This document shows, piece by piece, positions 8,659-17,260 of a stretch of 37,744 nucleotides of DNA (position 1 is the first letter of the stretch; every line of letters starts with the position of its first letter). The notes under the pieces were generated by a model. It ran no database searches, was not told the DNA's origin, and saw only the letters and a program-made list of their open reading frames with translations. The DNA comes from a virus (lineage: Duplodnaviria; Caudoviricetes), in IMG/VR virus record IMGVR_UViG_3300049189_000041, positions 1 through 37,744 of that record. One strand, written 5' to 3'. The position numbers and the translations under genes are program-made.

Positions 8659-8759
8659 TCGTCGTCCTCCCCTTCCGGTTTGACCTCGCAGAATATCGCT
8701 AAGCACACAGCGATCGGCGCGAGGATCAGGATTAGTGATGTTATTAGGGGGATATGCAT
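8655..8759 (-). CDS. 34-aa single-TM peptide (MHIPLITSLILILAPIAVCLAIFCEVKPEGEDDE)
   Basis: Manually found; fills the gap and its stop overlaps the next start. Confidence 0.45.
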   Translation of the reverse strand: MHIPLITSLILILAPIAVCLAIFCEVKPEGEDDE

Positions 8760-8802
8760 GGGGGGATAGTCTTTCTTTACAAAAGAAACGATTTGTTAAG
8801 AA

Positions 8803-9627
8803 TCAAAGACCGCACATCCCTGTGCATTCCTCGATCCAATTCATTTGGCCGCGATCTTCGGCGGTCGAAAAGTCCACTTCGGCAAGCGGCTGACAACTGC
8901 GGTGCAAATAGAGTTTGCCCCGATGACCGCCACGATTGCGGATTCGTTCGTCGAACTCGATCACGTCTGCCCATTGCTCAGGGTCTTCTTTGATCGCGCG
9001 CCATTCGCTGTTGCCGTGATAGGGACAACCTAGACAGGCAGACTTGCGCGGGGTCGGGTAGCCGTGAAGCTCCAACCACGTGATGCAATCCTTCCGCGTC
9101 ATCGCTAGTTCGCAATCGAAGATCAGCGGATAATGATTTGAATACCAGAGTGCGCGGCTGTCGCGCATCCGTCCGGCTTCGTCTGCGCTGATGCCGAGCC
9201 AGAATTGCGCGCTGTTTGGCTTCGCTCGCTGGCGCGGTTTCAGGCCAAGCAATCGCCGCACTTCTTTTTCAATGACTTCGATCTTGTATTCGCGCGTGCA
9301 TTGGCGGCGAATCATTCCCTCTCGCTGGCCTCCGTCTGAGGTGTAGAGAGGCATCGAGGCTGCACGCTGACCATCCCGCTGCGCGCCACGGTCCGTGGCG
9401 CGCAGCGTGTCATCGCGGATATTTCCGCGCGTGGCTTGAATCACCGGGATGCCGCAAGTGCCGCCGATCCGCGCCAACTCGCTGAGCCATTGATAGACCT
9501 CTTTCGGCTCCCACTGGGTGTCGGCGAAGATCGCGGCGTCTGGCTTAGGCGTCAAGACGCCGCGACACGCCATTAAGAACATTGCGCTTGATTGAACGCC
9601 TGCGCCTAAACTGATCACTCGAATCAT
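8803..9627 (-). CDS. PAPS-reductase-like PP-loop (adenine nucleotide alpha-hydrolase) protein with Cys cluster
   Basis: SLGAGVQS PP-loop, FADT, RQCT..YKI, GISADE, KSACLGCPYH, terminal ECTGMCGL. Confidence 0.82.
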   Translation of the reverse strand: MIRVISLGAGVQSSAMFLMACRGVLTPKPDAAIFADTQWEPKEVYQWLSELARIGGTCGIPVIQATRGNIRDDTLRATDRGAQRDGQRAASMPLYTSDGGQREGMIRRQCTREYKIEVIEKEVRRLLGLKPRQRAKPNSAQFWLGISADEAGRMRDSRALWYSNHYPLIFDCELAMTRKDCITWLELHGYPTPRKSACLGCPYHGNSEWRAIKEDPEQWADVIEFDERIRNRGGHRGKLYLHRSCQPLAEVDFSTAEDRGQMNWIEECTGMCGL

Positions 9628-9668
9628 GATTGCCTCTTTACCTTTGGATTGTTTTGTTAAGAATCCGC

Positions 9669-9902
9669 CTACACCGCGTCGGCCTTCTTAAAATATTCCC
9701 GCGCCTCCGCGTACGCCTCTTCGTACCCTTCGCCGAATCGCTGATACAGCGCTGATCGCATATGCCACGGCAGCGACGAATAGTGCGGGCGGCAGAATGT
9801 TTGGCTCATCGCCTTCCTCGCGCCGCAAAAGCATTTGTTGGTTTGCAGTTCGCGCAGGATGCGAGTGCGCTCGTCGTTGGTTATTGAGGTTTGGTTGGTC
9901 AT
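9669..9902 (-). CDS. Small Zn-finger protein (CFCG..FCRPHY)
   Basis: Cys/His motif and RBS. Confidence 0.7.
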   Translation of the reverse strand: MTNQTSITNDERTRILRELQTNKCFCGARKAMSQTFCRPHYSSLPWHMRSALYQRFGEGYEEAYAEAREYFKKADAV

Positions 9903-9938
9903 GTGAATTCCCCTGTTATGGTGCGTTGGGCTCAGTGT

Positions 9939-10406
9939 TCAGCGTTTCCGTTTCTGTTCTTTTTGCCAGTCCCGGATGATTTCGTAACCGTATTTGTGGC
10001 TTTCGACGAACTTCTTAAACTCATGAAGACCTTCGAGCGAGATGGCAATTTCGCGGTGTTTGACCTGTCTTACGCTGCCGTTTTCAACGACCAGCACACC
10101 GTTATCATCCGCCTTTTCGCCTGAGTAATTGACCGATCCGCTCAGCGTGACATCGTGCGGGGTCAGCACATTGTCAATAAGGTATTGCAGCCACTCTACG
10201 TAGTTATAAAACTTCTCACCGTGATCCCATTCGATTCCGCGACAATCTTTCGTCAATTGCCATTGGCAATATCCGTCCTTTGGCGCGCATGGGTCTTCCA
10301 TATCCCTGCCATCAATCCCCTCAAGTTCGCGCAATCGCACGATCACTTCAGCGGGCGGCAATTTGTCTAAGTCGAATCTGCCGTCAAATTCTGTCGTGTA
10401 TCCCAT
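9939..10406 (-). CDS. Phage hypothetical protein (MGYTTEFDG..CQW..EKFYNYVEWL)
   Basis: AAGGAG RBS before ATG 10406. Confidence 0.75.
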   Translation of the reverse strand: MGYTTEFDGRFDLDKLPPAEVIVRLRELEGIDGRDMEDPCAPKDGYCQWQLTKDCRGIEWDHGEKFYNYVEWLQYLIDNVLTPHDVTLSGSVNYSGEKADDNGVLVVENGSVRQVKHREIAISLEGLHEFKKFVESHKYGYEIIRDWQKEQKRKR

Positions 10407-10455
10407 AGCGTTCTCCTTTATGCCGCGTCCGCGTTTGGGGCGGCGGTTTCGCATC

Positions 10456-11199
10456 CTAGCCGTACATTTCTCTTAGGGTGTTAAGAGCTTCGGCCCATGT
10501 GATTTCGTTGTTGATGGCGGCTTGCGCGTAGTCGCTCGATTCCTTCTCGGGAACCTTCCACTTGCGGACCGATTTCCAAAACTCGGTTGCTGTAACACTC
10601 GGAGTGTTGTTCCCCAGCTGGGCGTCTTGGATCGGGGCAGGGGCCTTCGTCGGCCGCGGCTTGCTCACCGGCGCCGGTTTGACAGGTTCCGTCTCTCCCG
10701 GCTCGGCGTACTTCTCGGCCTTGTAGTCACTGTCGTACAAGTCGAGCGCGATACCCAGCAGTGAGGCGCACTTCTTCAGCGCGTCGGTCGCCGCGCCCTT
10801 GTAGCAGTCGCCTATCGAGACCGGCGCCGTACCGTCGCGCTTCATTTCTATCGGCTGGCAACCGTATTGCGTCTTGGTGACGGTCCGGCCATTCATGCGG
10901 ACCGTCAGCGTTCCGCGTACTTTTATCTCAAAAGGCCTGTCGCCATTCATGAGCAGTTCTTCGTTGTCGGCCACGAAATCCCAATCCCAGCCAAGCGCCT
11001 CGTTAAGAGTGCGGATAACATAAGCGCCGTCAGTGTATTTGAGTTTTTGCCCACCCCTACCCTCACGTACGCGGATTTCACTTGACGGCGTGCGCTGAGA
11101 CAGCATTCGCTTTATCGCCTCAAGTTGCCTGTCTGGCGCAACCTCCGCCAGTTCCGCCGACGCGTCGGTTTGTCGAATCTGTAAAGCTGTATTGTTCAT
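10456..11199 (-). CDS. Rad52/Rad22-family (Sak-like) ssDNA annealing protein
   Basis: REGRGGQKLKY..VIRTLNE.LGW.W..KGAATDALKKCASLLGI.LDLY. Confidence 0.88.
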   Translation of the reverse strand: MNNTALQIRQTDASAELAEVAPDRQLEAIKRMLSQRTPSSEIRVREGRGGQKLKYTDGAYVIRTLNEALGWDWDFVADNEELLMNGDRPFEIKVRGTLTVRMNGRTVTKTQYGCQPIEMKRDGTAPVSIGDCYKGAATDALKKCASLLGIALDLYDSDYKAEKYAEPGETEPVKPAPVSKPRPTKAPAPIQDAQLGNNTPSVTATEFWKSVRKWKVPEKESSDYAQAAINNEITWAEALNTLREMYG

Positions 11200-11224
11200 G
11201 ATTGTTCTCCGTTAGTCTTGAAGC

Positions 11225-11300
11225 GGGGAAGCGCGCCTGGTTTGATTATCTTGCGCGCCTCCCCTTTATTGCGCGCTCGGCCCTCATTCCTTGCGCGCAA
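11225..11300 (-). ncRNA. Two tandem GCGCGC-stem hairpins with 16-nt loops upstream of the annealase gene
   Basis: Stems at 11225-11264 and 11269-11300; one G-U pair works only on the minus strand. Confidence 0.5.
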
Positions 11301-11304
11301 ACCC

Positions 11305-11553
11305 TTAAACCTGCTGAAGAGCCGCGCCGATGAGGCGGCGCAGGCCTCTTGTTATCTCGGCGACAGCGTCCCTCCATTCCGGTCGCGGCGCGGCGAGATA
11401 GGGCAATAGGCTTGTTCTGTAGCGATCGGTGACGATCGGGTTACGCCCGAGCGTCGCTATCCTGTGATGCTCTCGCCCGATTAAGGGCTCCGTCAAAGGC
11501 CCCGTAAGAGGCTCTGTCGGGGCGTTTTCTATGTCGTATGTTTTATTTTTCAT
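11305..11553 (-). CDS. Hypothetical protein with PTEPL/LTGPL/LTEPL repeat
   Basis: ORF in the leftward operon; weak RBS. Confidence 0.55.
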   Translation of the reverse strand: MKNKTYDIENAPTEPLTGPLTEPLIGREHHRIATLGRNPIVTDRYRTSLLPYLAAPRPEWRDAVAEITRGLRRLIGAALQQV

Positions 11554-11589
11554 GGTGAGGTTTTAATTATTCTCTGCGTTGAAACTTAA

Positions 11590-11843
11590 TGGCGAGTCGC
11601 GCCCCTCTTTAGGGTCTATTGAATTCCTTTGCCGCCTGTGGGGTCCACCACCGGGAGGGCTTGCACGGCTTGCGACTCGCCAAACTTGATTCAAAGATCC
11701 CACCCTGAGACGCAGCGCCGCTTTCCCCATACGTGCTCACGACGCCGCGTCTCCGGGCTTGCGAATGGCGGCTAGCGATCCGCCATTCGCGTATTCGGTT
11801 CCGATCCCCCCAGACCGTCCCCGAATCTTGAAAGATCGTCAAG
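11590..11843 (-). ncRNA. Candidate structured RNA with five adjacent stem-loops
   Basis: Two perfect 11-bp stems plus stems whose mismatches are G-U on the minus strand. Confidence 0.65.
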
Positions 11844-12218
11844 TTAAATCGCCCAGCCATCGTAACGAACAACAGCGAACTTAACGCCTGTCCTGTCGGT
11901 CTCGACGCTTCGAGTCGTGAGACGGGGAGCCGCCAGCTTAACGGCCTCCGCGTAGAGCGCGAGCAACCGAGCGCCGGCCCGATGTCGGCAAGGCTGGCTA
12001 TGAAAGAAAGCCTCGCATTGGCACACGCCGTTGGCGCGGTAGGTCTTTCCGCTTTCGGTCGTAAACACGTAGCAGTGTTGCAGCTCGGTAACGATCCACT
12101 TGCCGTTGAGCAGGGCATCGGCAGCCTTGTCAATCGCGGCGATCCATCGTTTGTTGCCGCCAGCTTTCGCCTTCGCATCCGCGACCACTTTCTCGAATTG
12201 GGCTTTGTTGATTTCCAT
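11844..12218 (-). CDS. SWIM zinc-finger protein
   Basis: CQC...PCRH preceded by VFTTESGKTY; GAGGTG RBS. Confidence 0.8.
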   Translation of the reverse strand: MEINKAQFEKVVADAKAKAGGNKRWIAAIDKAADALLNGKWIVTELQHCYVFTTESGKTYRANGVCQCEAFFHSQPCRHRAGARLLALYAEAVKLAAPRLTTRSVETDRTGVKFAVVRYDGWAI

Positions 12219-12238
12219 ATGCTCACCTCACATTTTGC

Positions 12239-12309
12239 ATTCTAGTCAATTGACTAGCGAAGTCAAGAACTTTTTTGCTATTGACTAAACTTTTTTTTGG
12301 GGGTATAAG
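12239..12309. promoter_or_regulatory. Divergent promoters with palindromic operator
   Basis: Leftward TTGACT-N16-TAGAAT (12266-12239); rightward TTGACT-N17-TATAAG (12281-12309); perfect palindrome CTAGTCAATTGACTAG at 12242-12257. Confidence 0.8.
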
Positions 12310-12317
12310 TGGCGCCC

Positions 12318-12539
12318 ATGAAAAAACAAGACAAACTACTGTCGGTCGCAGAGGCGGGAGCGCAACTTAGCGTCGTTCGCCAGCGCGTCCTACAGTTAAT
12401 ATGGGACGGGCTCCTTGAGGCCGAGCGGGTAGGGCGTTCTTATGTGGTAAGGGAGAGCGCGGTCAAGGCCTACAAGGACAAAGGTAAACCGAAGCTAGGA
12501 AGGCCCCCGAAGGGTTCAAAGAACGGACACAAGAAATGA
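12318..12539 (+). CDS. Xis/MerR-like HTH DNA-binding protein with GRP tail, probably leaderless
   Basis: LLSVAEAGAQLSVVRQRVLQLIWDGLLEAERVGRSYVV; ATG 8 nt after the -10 box and no RBS. Confidence 0.85.
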   Translation: MKKQDKLLSVAEAGAQLSVVRQRVLQLIWDGLLEAERVGRSYVVRESAVKAYKDKGKPKLGRPPKGSKNGHKK

Positions 12540-12766
12540 AATACTTTCTGATATACAACTCTGACGGGGACACTATCGTCTCGGAAATCACAAAGGAGAA
12601 ATTCTTGCGCGAGGTCGAAGATGGAGCCTGGGGAGAATCGCCAGAGTTTTTAGATTCTCTCCCTGAGCGCGACACGAACTACTGGAAAGGCAAAATGCTC
12701 CTTATCAAAGGCGAAATCGTAACGCTCAAGAAAAAAGAAGTTGTCACCAAATACGACATTGAATAA
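12536..12766 (+). CDS. Hypothetical protein
   Basis: ATGA overlap with upstream gene; abuts the integrase start. Confidence 0.7.
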   Translation: MKYFLIYNSDGDTIVSEITKEKFLREVEDGAWGESPEFLDSLPERDTNYWKGKMLLIKGEIVTLKKKEVVTKYDIE

Positions 12767-13999
12767 ATGACCGAACCGACGAAAAAAGAGAAGAAGGCCA
12801 GAAGGACCGGCCACCGAAAGCGGCTCGGACCTGACAAGTACCTTTTGCGCGTATTCCTCCTGAAGGACTCAGAAGGGAAGCGACGCTACTATACGGAGAC
12901 CTTCCACGGAAAAGCCTACCAGGCCGAGGATCGCATCCGGGAAATTCTCCGGCGTCACAGGACAGGCGAGCCCTTGAAGGTTTCGGCGGACAGTTTCGGA
13001 GCGGTCCTTGACGAATGGCTCGAAGCGCAAAAACACGCCGTCGCGGAGAAGACCCTGCGGACCTACGAAGACTATGTACGGCTTTACCTTCGGCCAAACC
13101 TCGGCGGAGCGCTTCTCGCCCAGGTCACAGCGGCTGACATTCAGAAGCTCTACAATAAACTCCTGGAAGCGGACTATTCCCGAGGGACTGTCGGCCAATG
13201 CCATGTAATCCTCGGGATGGTCTTTCGGTTCGCTGTCGGACGCCGCAAGCTGACCGGATCGCCGATGGCCGGGGTCCGACCCCCGCGTTCTCAAGCCTCC
13301 GGGGAGTCTGAAGGGTCCAAGGCGATGACCAGGGACGAGGTCGGCAAATTCCTCGACGCCGCGAAGGATTCCAAACTTCTGAACCTCTACGAACTGGCTT
13401 TCCACGTCGGATGCCGCCCAGGCGAACTGCTCGCGGTCAAATGGGACGACCTGGATCCGAAGGGCCGGACGGTTCGGATAGATCAGACGATCGTATGGCG
13501 CAAGCGGGGCGATTGGTATTTGAAGCCGCCGAAGACGAAGGCTGGCCGGCGAGTGATCGCGGTCACTCAGGCCATGGTCGACGTGCTACAGGCCCAGCGG
13601 ACCCTTCAGCTTCAGGCGAGACTGAAGGCCGGGCCGGCGTGGAAGGATCACGGATTCGTGTTCACGCAGGACAACGGCTCGCCCTGGGCGGTCTGGAATC
13701 TATACGCGGATTTCAAGAGAGTCCTGAAGGCCTCGGGGCTGCCGTGGCGCTTCTCGCCCTACACGGCGCGCCACACCGTTGCGAGCCTCCTGATGGAAGA
13801 CGGGGCGAATCCGAGAGCCGTCTCCGATCGTCTAGGACATGCCCGGATCGCCATGACGCTCGAGAATTACACGCACATTTCCAGCGGTCATCAGGCGGAC
13901 CTGAGCGCCCAAATTGAGGGTCTCGTGAGAGCTAGGCATCGCATAAGCAACAAAGATGAGGCCGATTTAAAGGACGACCCTTTAGAATCAGCTATTTAG
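12767..13999 (+). CDS. int: Tyrosine integrase
   Basis: GCRPGELLAVKW (R), PKTK (K), YTARH, RLGH, NYTH (Y); N-terminal arm- and core-binding regions. Confidence 0.95.
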   Translation: MTEPTKKEKKARRTGHRKRLGPDKYLLRVFLLKDSEGKRRYYTETFHGKAYQAEDRIREILRRHRTGEPLKVSADSFGAVLDEWLEAQKHAVAEKTLRTYEDYVRLYLRPNLGGALLAQVTAADIQKLYNKLLEADYSRGTVGQCHVILGMVFRFAVGRRKLTGSPMAGVRPPRSQASGESEGSKAMTRDEVGKFLDAAKDSKLLNLYELAFHVGCRPGELLAVKWDDLDPKGRTVRIDQTIVWRKRGDWYLKPPKTKAGRRVIAVTQAMVDVLQAQRTLQLQARLKAGPAWKDHGFVFTQDNGSPWAVWNLYADFKRVLKASGLPWRFSPYTARHTVASLLMEDGANPRAVSDRLGHARIAMTLENYTHISSGHQADLSAQIEGLVRARHRISNKDEADLKDDPLESAI

Positions 14000-14230
14000 A
14001 GCTTCCGTGTTCTGTACTCCTTGTATAAAATGCGGAAAAAATCAAATGTACCGGGGGATTGTTAGACGTTACTGGAGGTTGCGTATTACATTGATGATAC
14101 AATGGTTTTATGGTAACAACATCAGCGTGGAGGTTCCTTGGCGGCGCTTGGTGTTACTTGAGATTGGCGCCTATCTGGCGCCGGTCGCCATATGTTTGAC
14201 ATCGCACATATAGTTTGGTAATGGTATGAG
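13986..14230. other. Probable attP region
   Basis: AT-rich gap directly after int; AATCAGCTATTTA (13986-13998) fits the IHF consensus WATCARNNNNTTR; core site not identifiable. Confidence 0.45.
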
Positions 14231-14355
14231 CATCTCACTTGACAAGTCGTCCCCAGAGTTATCACGGCTGGTTTTTTGGCCGGAAAGATCCCCATCCCCT
14301 TCCTACCAAGTCCGCCGTCCACAGGACAACCTTATCCACGCCACTGGAGGTACAC

Positions 14356-14613
14356 ATGGCTTCATCGTCGAATCCTAACTTCGATGACCTACGCTCAAAA
14401 CTGGCTTACCGCCTGGGAGAACTCGCTCGGGCCTGCAGCTTGTCGACCCATTTCGTTCGCGCTCAGATCCGTAAAGGCCATCTGCCCGCGCGCAAAATGG
14501 GAACGTGCGTGATTATCCTGGCTGACGACGCCGAGAACTGGCTTCGCAATCAGCCGCTTTATAGAATGGGCGCTGAAGTGGATTCGTCCGCTGATATGTC
14601 CGTTAAAAGCTGA
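14356..14613 (+). CDS. Excisionase-like HTH protein
   Basis: GGAGG RBS; KLAYRLGELARACSLS..IRKGHLPARKMG..IL..WL. Confidence 0.82.
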   Translation: MASSSNPNFDDLRSKLAYRLGELARACSLSTHFVRAQIRKGHLPARKMGTCVIILADDAENWLRNQPLYRMGAEVDSSADMSVKS

Positions 14614-14623
14614 TAAAATAAAA

Positions 14624-14670
14624 AGCGACTTGTAGCGTCCAAGTCCTAACCAGTGTCGCTACAAGTCGCT
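14624..14670 (+). promoter_or_regulatory. 14-bp perfect inverted repeat AGCGACTTGTAGCG-N19-CGCTACAAGTCGCT
   Basis: Direct inspection; lies in the leader of the helicase gene. Confidence 0.7.
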
Positions 14671-14919
14671 GCACCTCGGTCCGAGTGTCTGGGCAGACTC
14701 TATACTACCTTTCGACTCTCGGCAACCGTTCGAGGGTAAAAATCCATGCTAAATATGAGAAAAGCCCAACGGCTTGGGACCGTCAGGCTTTTAGAACTGC
14801 ACCCAGATAATACGGTGGACTGGCCAAATACTACCACTAACCCCATTCTAATTCAATCGACAAAACGCCCAGCCTGTACGAGATGCGGACGCGCCAATCC
14901 GTTCAAGGAGGTGTCCCGA

Positions 14920-16559
14920 TGAAAAACAACGCTCCCCCTCTGCCGCGCGACCGCGATCTGGAGGTCGCCGTCCTTGGTTCCCTTCTCTTCTCCGAGTCTC
15001 CGGATAGGGTCAAGGAAGTCCGCTCGATGGCGCCGCCTGAATGCTTTCTCGCCGGGTCTCGGGAAATCTACGACGCCTTGGGCGACCTGGCCGACAAGGG
15101 CGACTCGATTAACCCGGTCATGCTGGCCGACAGGCTGAAGGATCGCGGATCGAAGATTGAGCCGGCCCACCTGGCGGAAATGCTCATCAATAAGCCCATC
15201 ACGTCGGACCTAACCTCGGAGATTGCGAAGCTCCGGGAGTTTGCCACGAAGCGAGCGATTCTCAGACACGCGGAACACTGGTTTAACGAGGCTCAGGCCC
15301 GCGACGTGGACATTTCCTCTCTCGTCGAGCGGATCAGGAGCGCAGCCGGCGAGTTCGACGGGATGACCTCGGCTGACGACTCAGGGGCGTTTCCCTCAAC
15401 TCCCGGCTTCTACTCCTCTCTGCGCGAACTTCACGCTAAGGAGACCGTGCCGGCTGAAGACCTGATGATCGGGGTCCGGCGCCGACAAGTAACGATCTTC
15501 GCCAGTGTTACGAGCGTCGGAAAGACCACTATCATGCTCAATCACGCCCTCGCGGCGGCTGGTGGCCAAAACTGGGCGCCGCTCCTCCCTGAGCGGCCCG
15601 AACGGCCCCTGAAGATCGTCTTCATCGACGCTGAGAGTACAGATGATGAGCTAAAGCGGGACACTCAGACGATGCTTAGGACGATCGGGAACGGAGACCT
15701 CGCGGCTGAAAACTTTATTCCGGTCGTGGACGCAATGATCGACGGCGAGCCGCTCAATCTTTCGACCAAGAAACACTTCGACCAGGTAAAACGGTTCCTT
15801 AAATACCATCAGCCGGACATAGCGATCTTCGATACGATAAGCGCCCTTTTTACCCTCTACAGCGAGAACGACAACGCCGAAGTAGTGCGCAAGGTGATTC
15901 GGCCACTGAAGGAGCTGGCGATCGCTGGAAATTGCGCCGTCTGGGCCTCTCACCATATCGGTAAAGCCGGTGAGTCCGACGAAGCAGAGGAGGCGTACAG
16001 GGGCCGGGGAGCTTCAGCCTTCGGAGCGAACGTACGCGGCGTCATTACCTTACGAAAAGAAAAGGCGCTCGGCGATGGGTACGTGCGCTTGACGCTAGGC
16101 AAGTCCAAAGGCTCGAAGCTCGACCCGGTTAATTTAAAACTCGATTTCGCCAAGCGGGCCTTCGAGCTTTGCGCGGCGGCGCCCCAGGCTCAGACCCCTT
16201 ATCAACAGGTGATCGGAGTTTTCAACGGAAAGCCGCTGAAGACCGGCGAGGTCAAAAAGCTTCTTTCTGATCTCTCAAGGGCGTCTGTCGAGCGGGCGCT
16301 GGCCGAGGCGGTCAAAAACGGGGACCTGCTTCGGACGACTCACGGCGCCTACGAGCGGCCCAACAATCCCCAAAATCCCAACTCCCTCAACTCCCTCACT
16401 CCTTATAGGGATGAGGGAGTTGAGGGAGTTCCCCAAATCGAAGAAAGTGAAGATGTTAGCGGATTTTTCGAGCAGGTGTCCGAAAATGGGATGAGGGACT
16501 TTTTTGTAGGATCCGAGCCCTGGGAAGACGATCCAGTTCTCGATGCCATAGACCAATGA
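14920..16559 (+). CDS. Replication helicase: DnaB-like N-terminal domain plus AAA_25/RepA-type ATPase and possible C-terminal wHTH
   Basis: DLEVAVLGSLL..IYDAL..INPVML; Walker A ASVTSVGKT; FIDAE; Walker B IFDTI; ENDN; HHIGK; RGASAF; AAGGAGG RBS. Confidence 0.85.
16380..16430. repeat. Palindromic iteron cluster, candidate replication origin
   Basis: (AACTCCCTC)2A-N13-T(GAGGGAGTT)2, 19-bp perfect arms in the 3' end of the helicase gene. Confidence 0.7.
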
Positions 16560-16571
16560 AAGGAGATTCTA

Positions 16572-16970
16572 ATGAAAGCGCAACGAATCACGACAGCCGA
16601 ATACCGCAGCCTCCGCCGCGCTAAACCCGCCCGGAAGGTCAAGGATTACAAAGCAATCTTCCTGCATCAGCTCGACCTGGCCGGATTGCCGCAACCTGAC
16701 CGGGAGGTTTATTTCGCCCTACCGCGCAAATGGCGTGCGGATTTCTGCTTTCGGCGGGAAATGGTAATTGTCGAGTATCAAGGGATATTCGGCGGGCCGA
16801 ACGCGAGTCACGCCAGCCTGGGCGGACTCAAGCGCGACTACGAGAAGTTCACAGAGGCGAGTCTGTTGGGCTACGTCCTCATCTTGATTACCGCCGAATC
16901 CGTGAATGACGGACGGGCTGTCGCGTGGGTTGAGCGGGCGTTGAGGGGCCTTAACGAAAGGAGTTTATGA
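16572..16970 (+). CDS. PD-(D/E)XK endonuclease (DUF559/Vsr-like), possible resolvase
   Basis: REVYF..RKWRADF..VEYQG..RDYEK..A.LLGY. Confidence 0.8.
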   Translation: MKAQRITTAEYRSLRRAKPARKVKDYKAIFLHQLDLAGLPQPDREVYFALPRKWRADFCFRREMVIVEYQGIFGGPNASHASLGGLKRDYEKFTEASLLGYVLILITAESVNDGRAVAWVERALRGLNERSL

Positions 16971-17260
16971 GTTACAGCAAGGATACTTTTACAACCGATA
17001 CGCTTTTGTCTTTCATTGTGAAACTGAAGCAGTTAAAAGCTGCCGCTCACGAGCAGGCGTTTCAGCCTAAATCCGATCCGCGCTACACGGCGATCGAGCT
17101 GAAGATCGACGCGCTGCTCGAAAGGGCGAAAAAGCTGGTCCCAGCCGTCATGCTTGCCGAGGTCGAAGGCTTGAACGCCTTGATAAAAGACCTCTACCAA
17201 ATGTTCGGCGAACAAGAACAATCCGAAATTACAGAGAAAGGAAACGGGAATGGACATTGA
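16967..17260 (+). CDS. Hypothetical protein
   Basis: AAGGAG RBS; ATGA overlap. Confidence 0.7.
   Translation: MSYSKDTFTTDTLLSFIVKLKQLKAAAHEQAFQPKSDPRYTAIELKIDALLERAKKLVPAVMLAEVEGLNALIKDLYQMFGEQEQSEITEKGNGNGH

Noticed and set aside
11225-11300. Mini CRISPR array
   Set aside because: The repeated unit is only 6-9 bp with 16-nt inserts, and no cas genes are present.
11590-11682. Possible tRNA gene (GGCGAGT...ACTCGCCA)
   Set aside because: No TTCRA T-loop or canonical D arm, and the stem extends to 11 bp; kept only as part of the ncRNA candidate.
11609-12226. 205-aa minus-strand ORF overlapping the SWIM gene and the hairpin array
   Set aside because: Alternate frame of a gene with a clear RBS and motif; R/S/P-rich shadow composition.
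12767-13999. Integrase as a protelomerase, or inactive because HxxR reads YxxR
   Set aside because: The architecture is that of a standard ~410-aa integrase; Tyr at this position is a known variant and the other catalytic residues are present.
14000-14350. tRNA-derived attP core and ORFs 14007-14213 and 14122-14322
   Set aside because: No tRNA 3'-end sequence is recognisable; the ORFs lack RBS and motifs.
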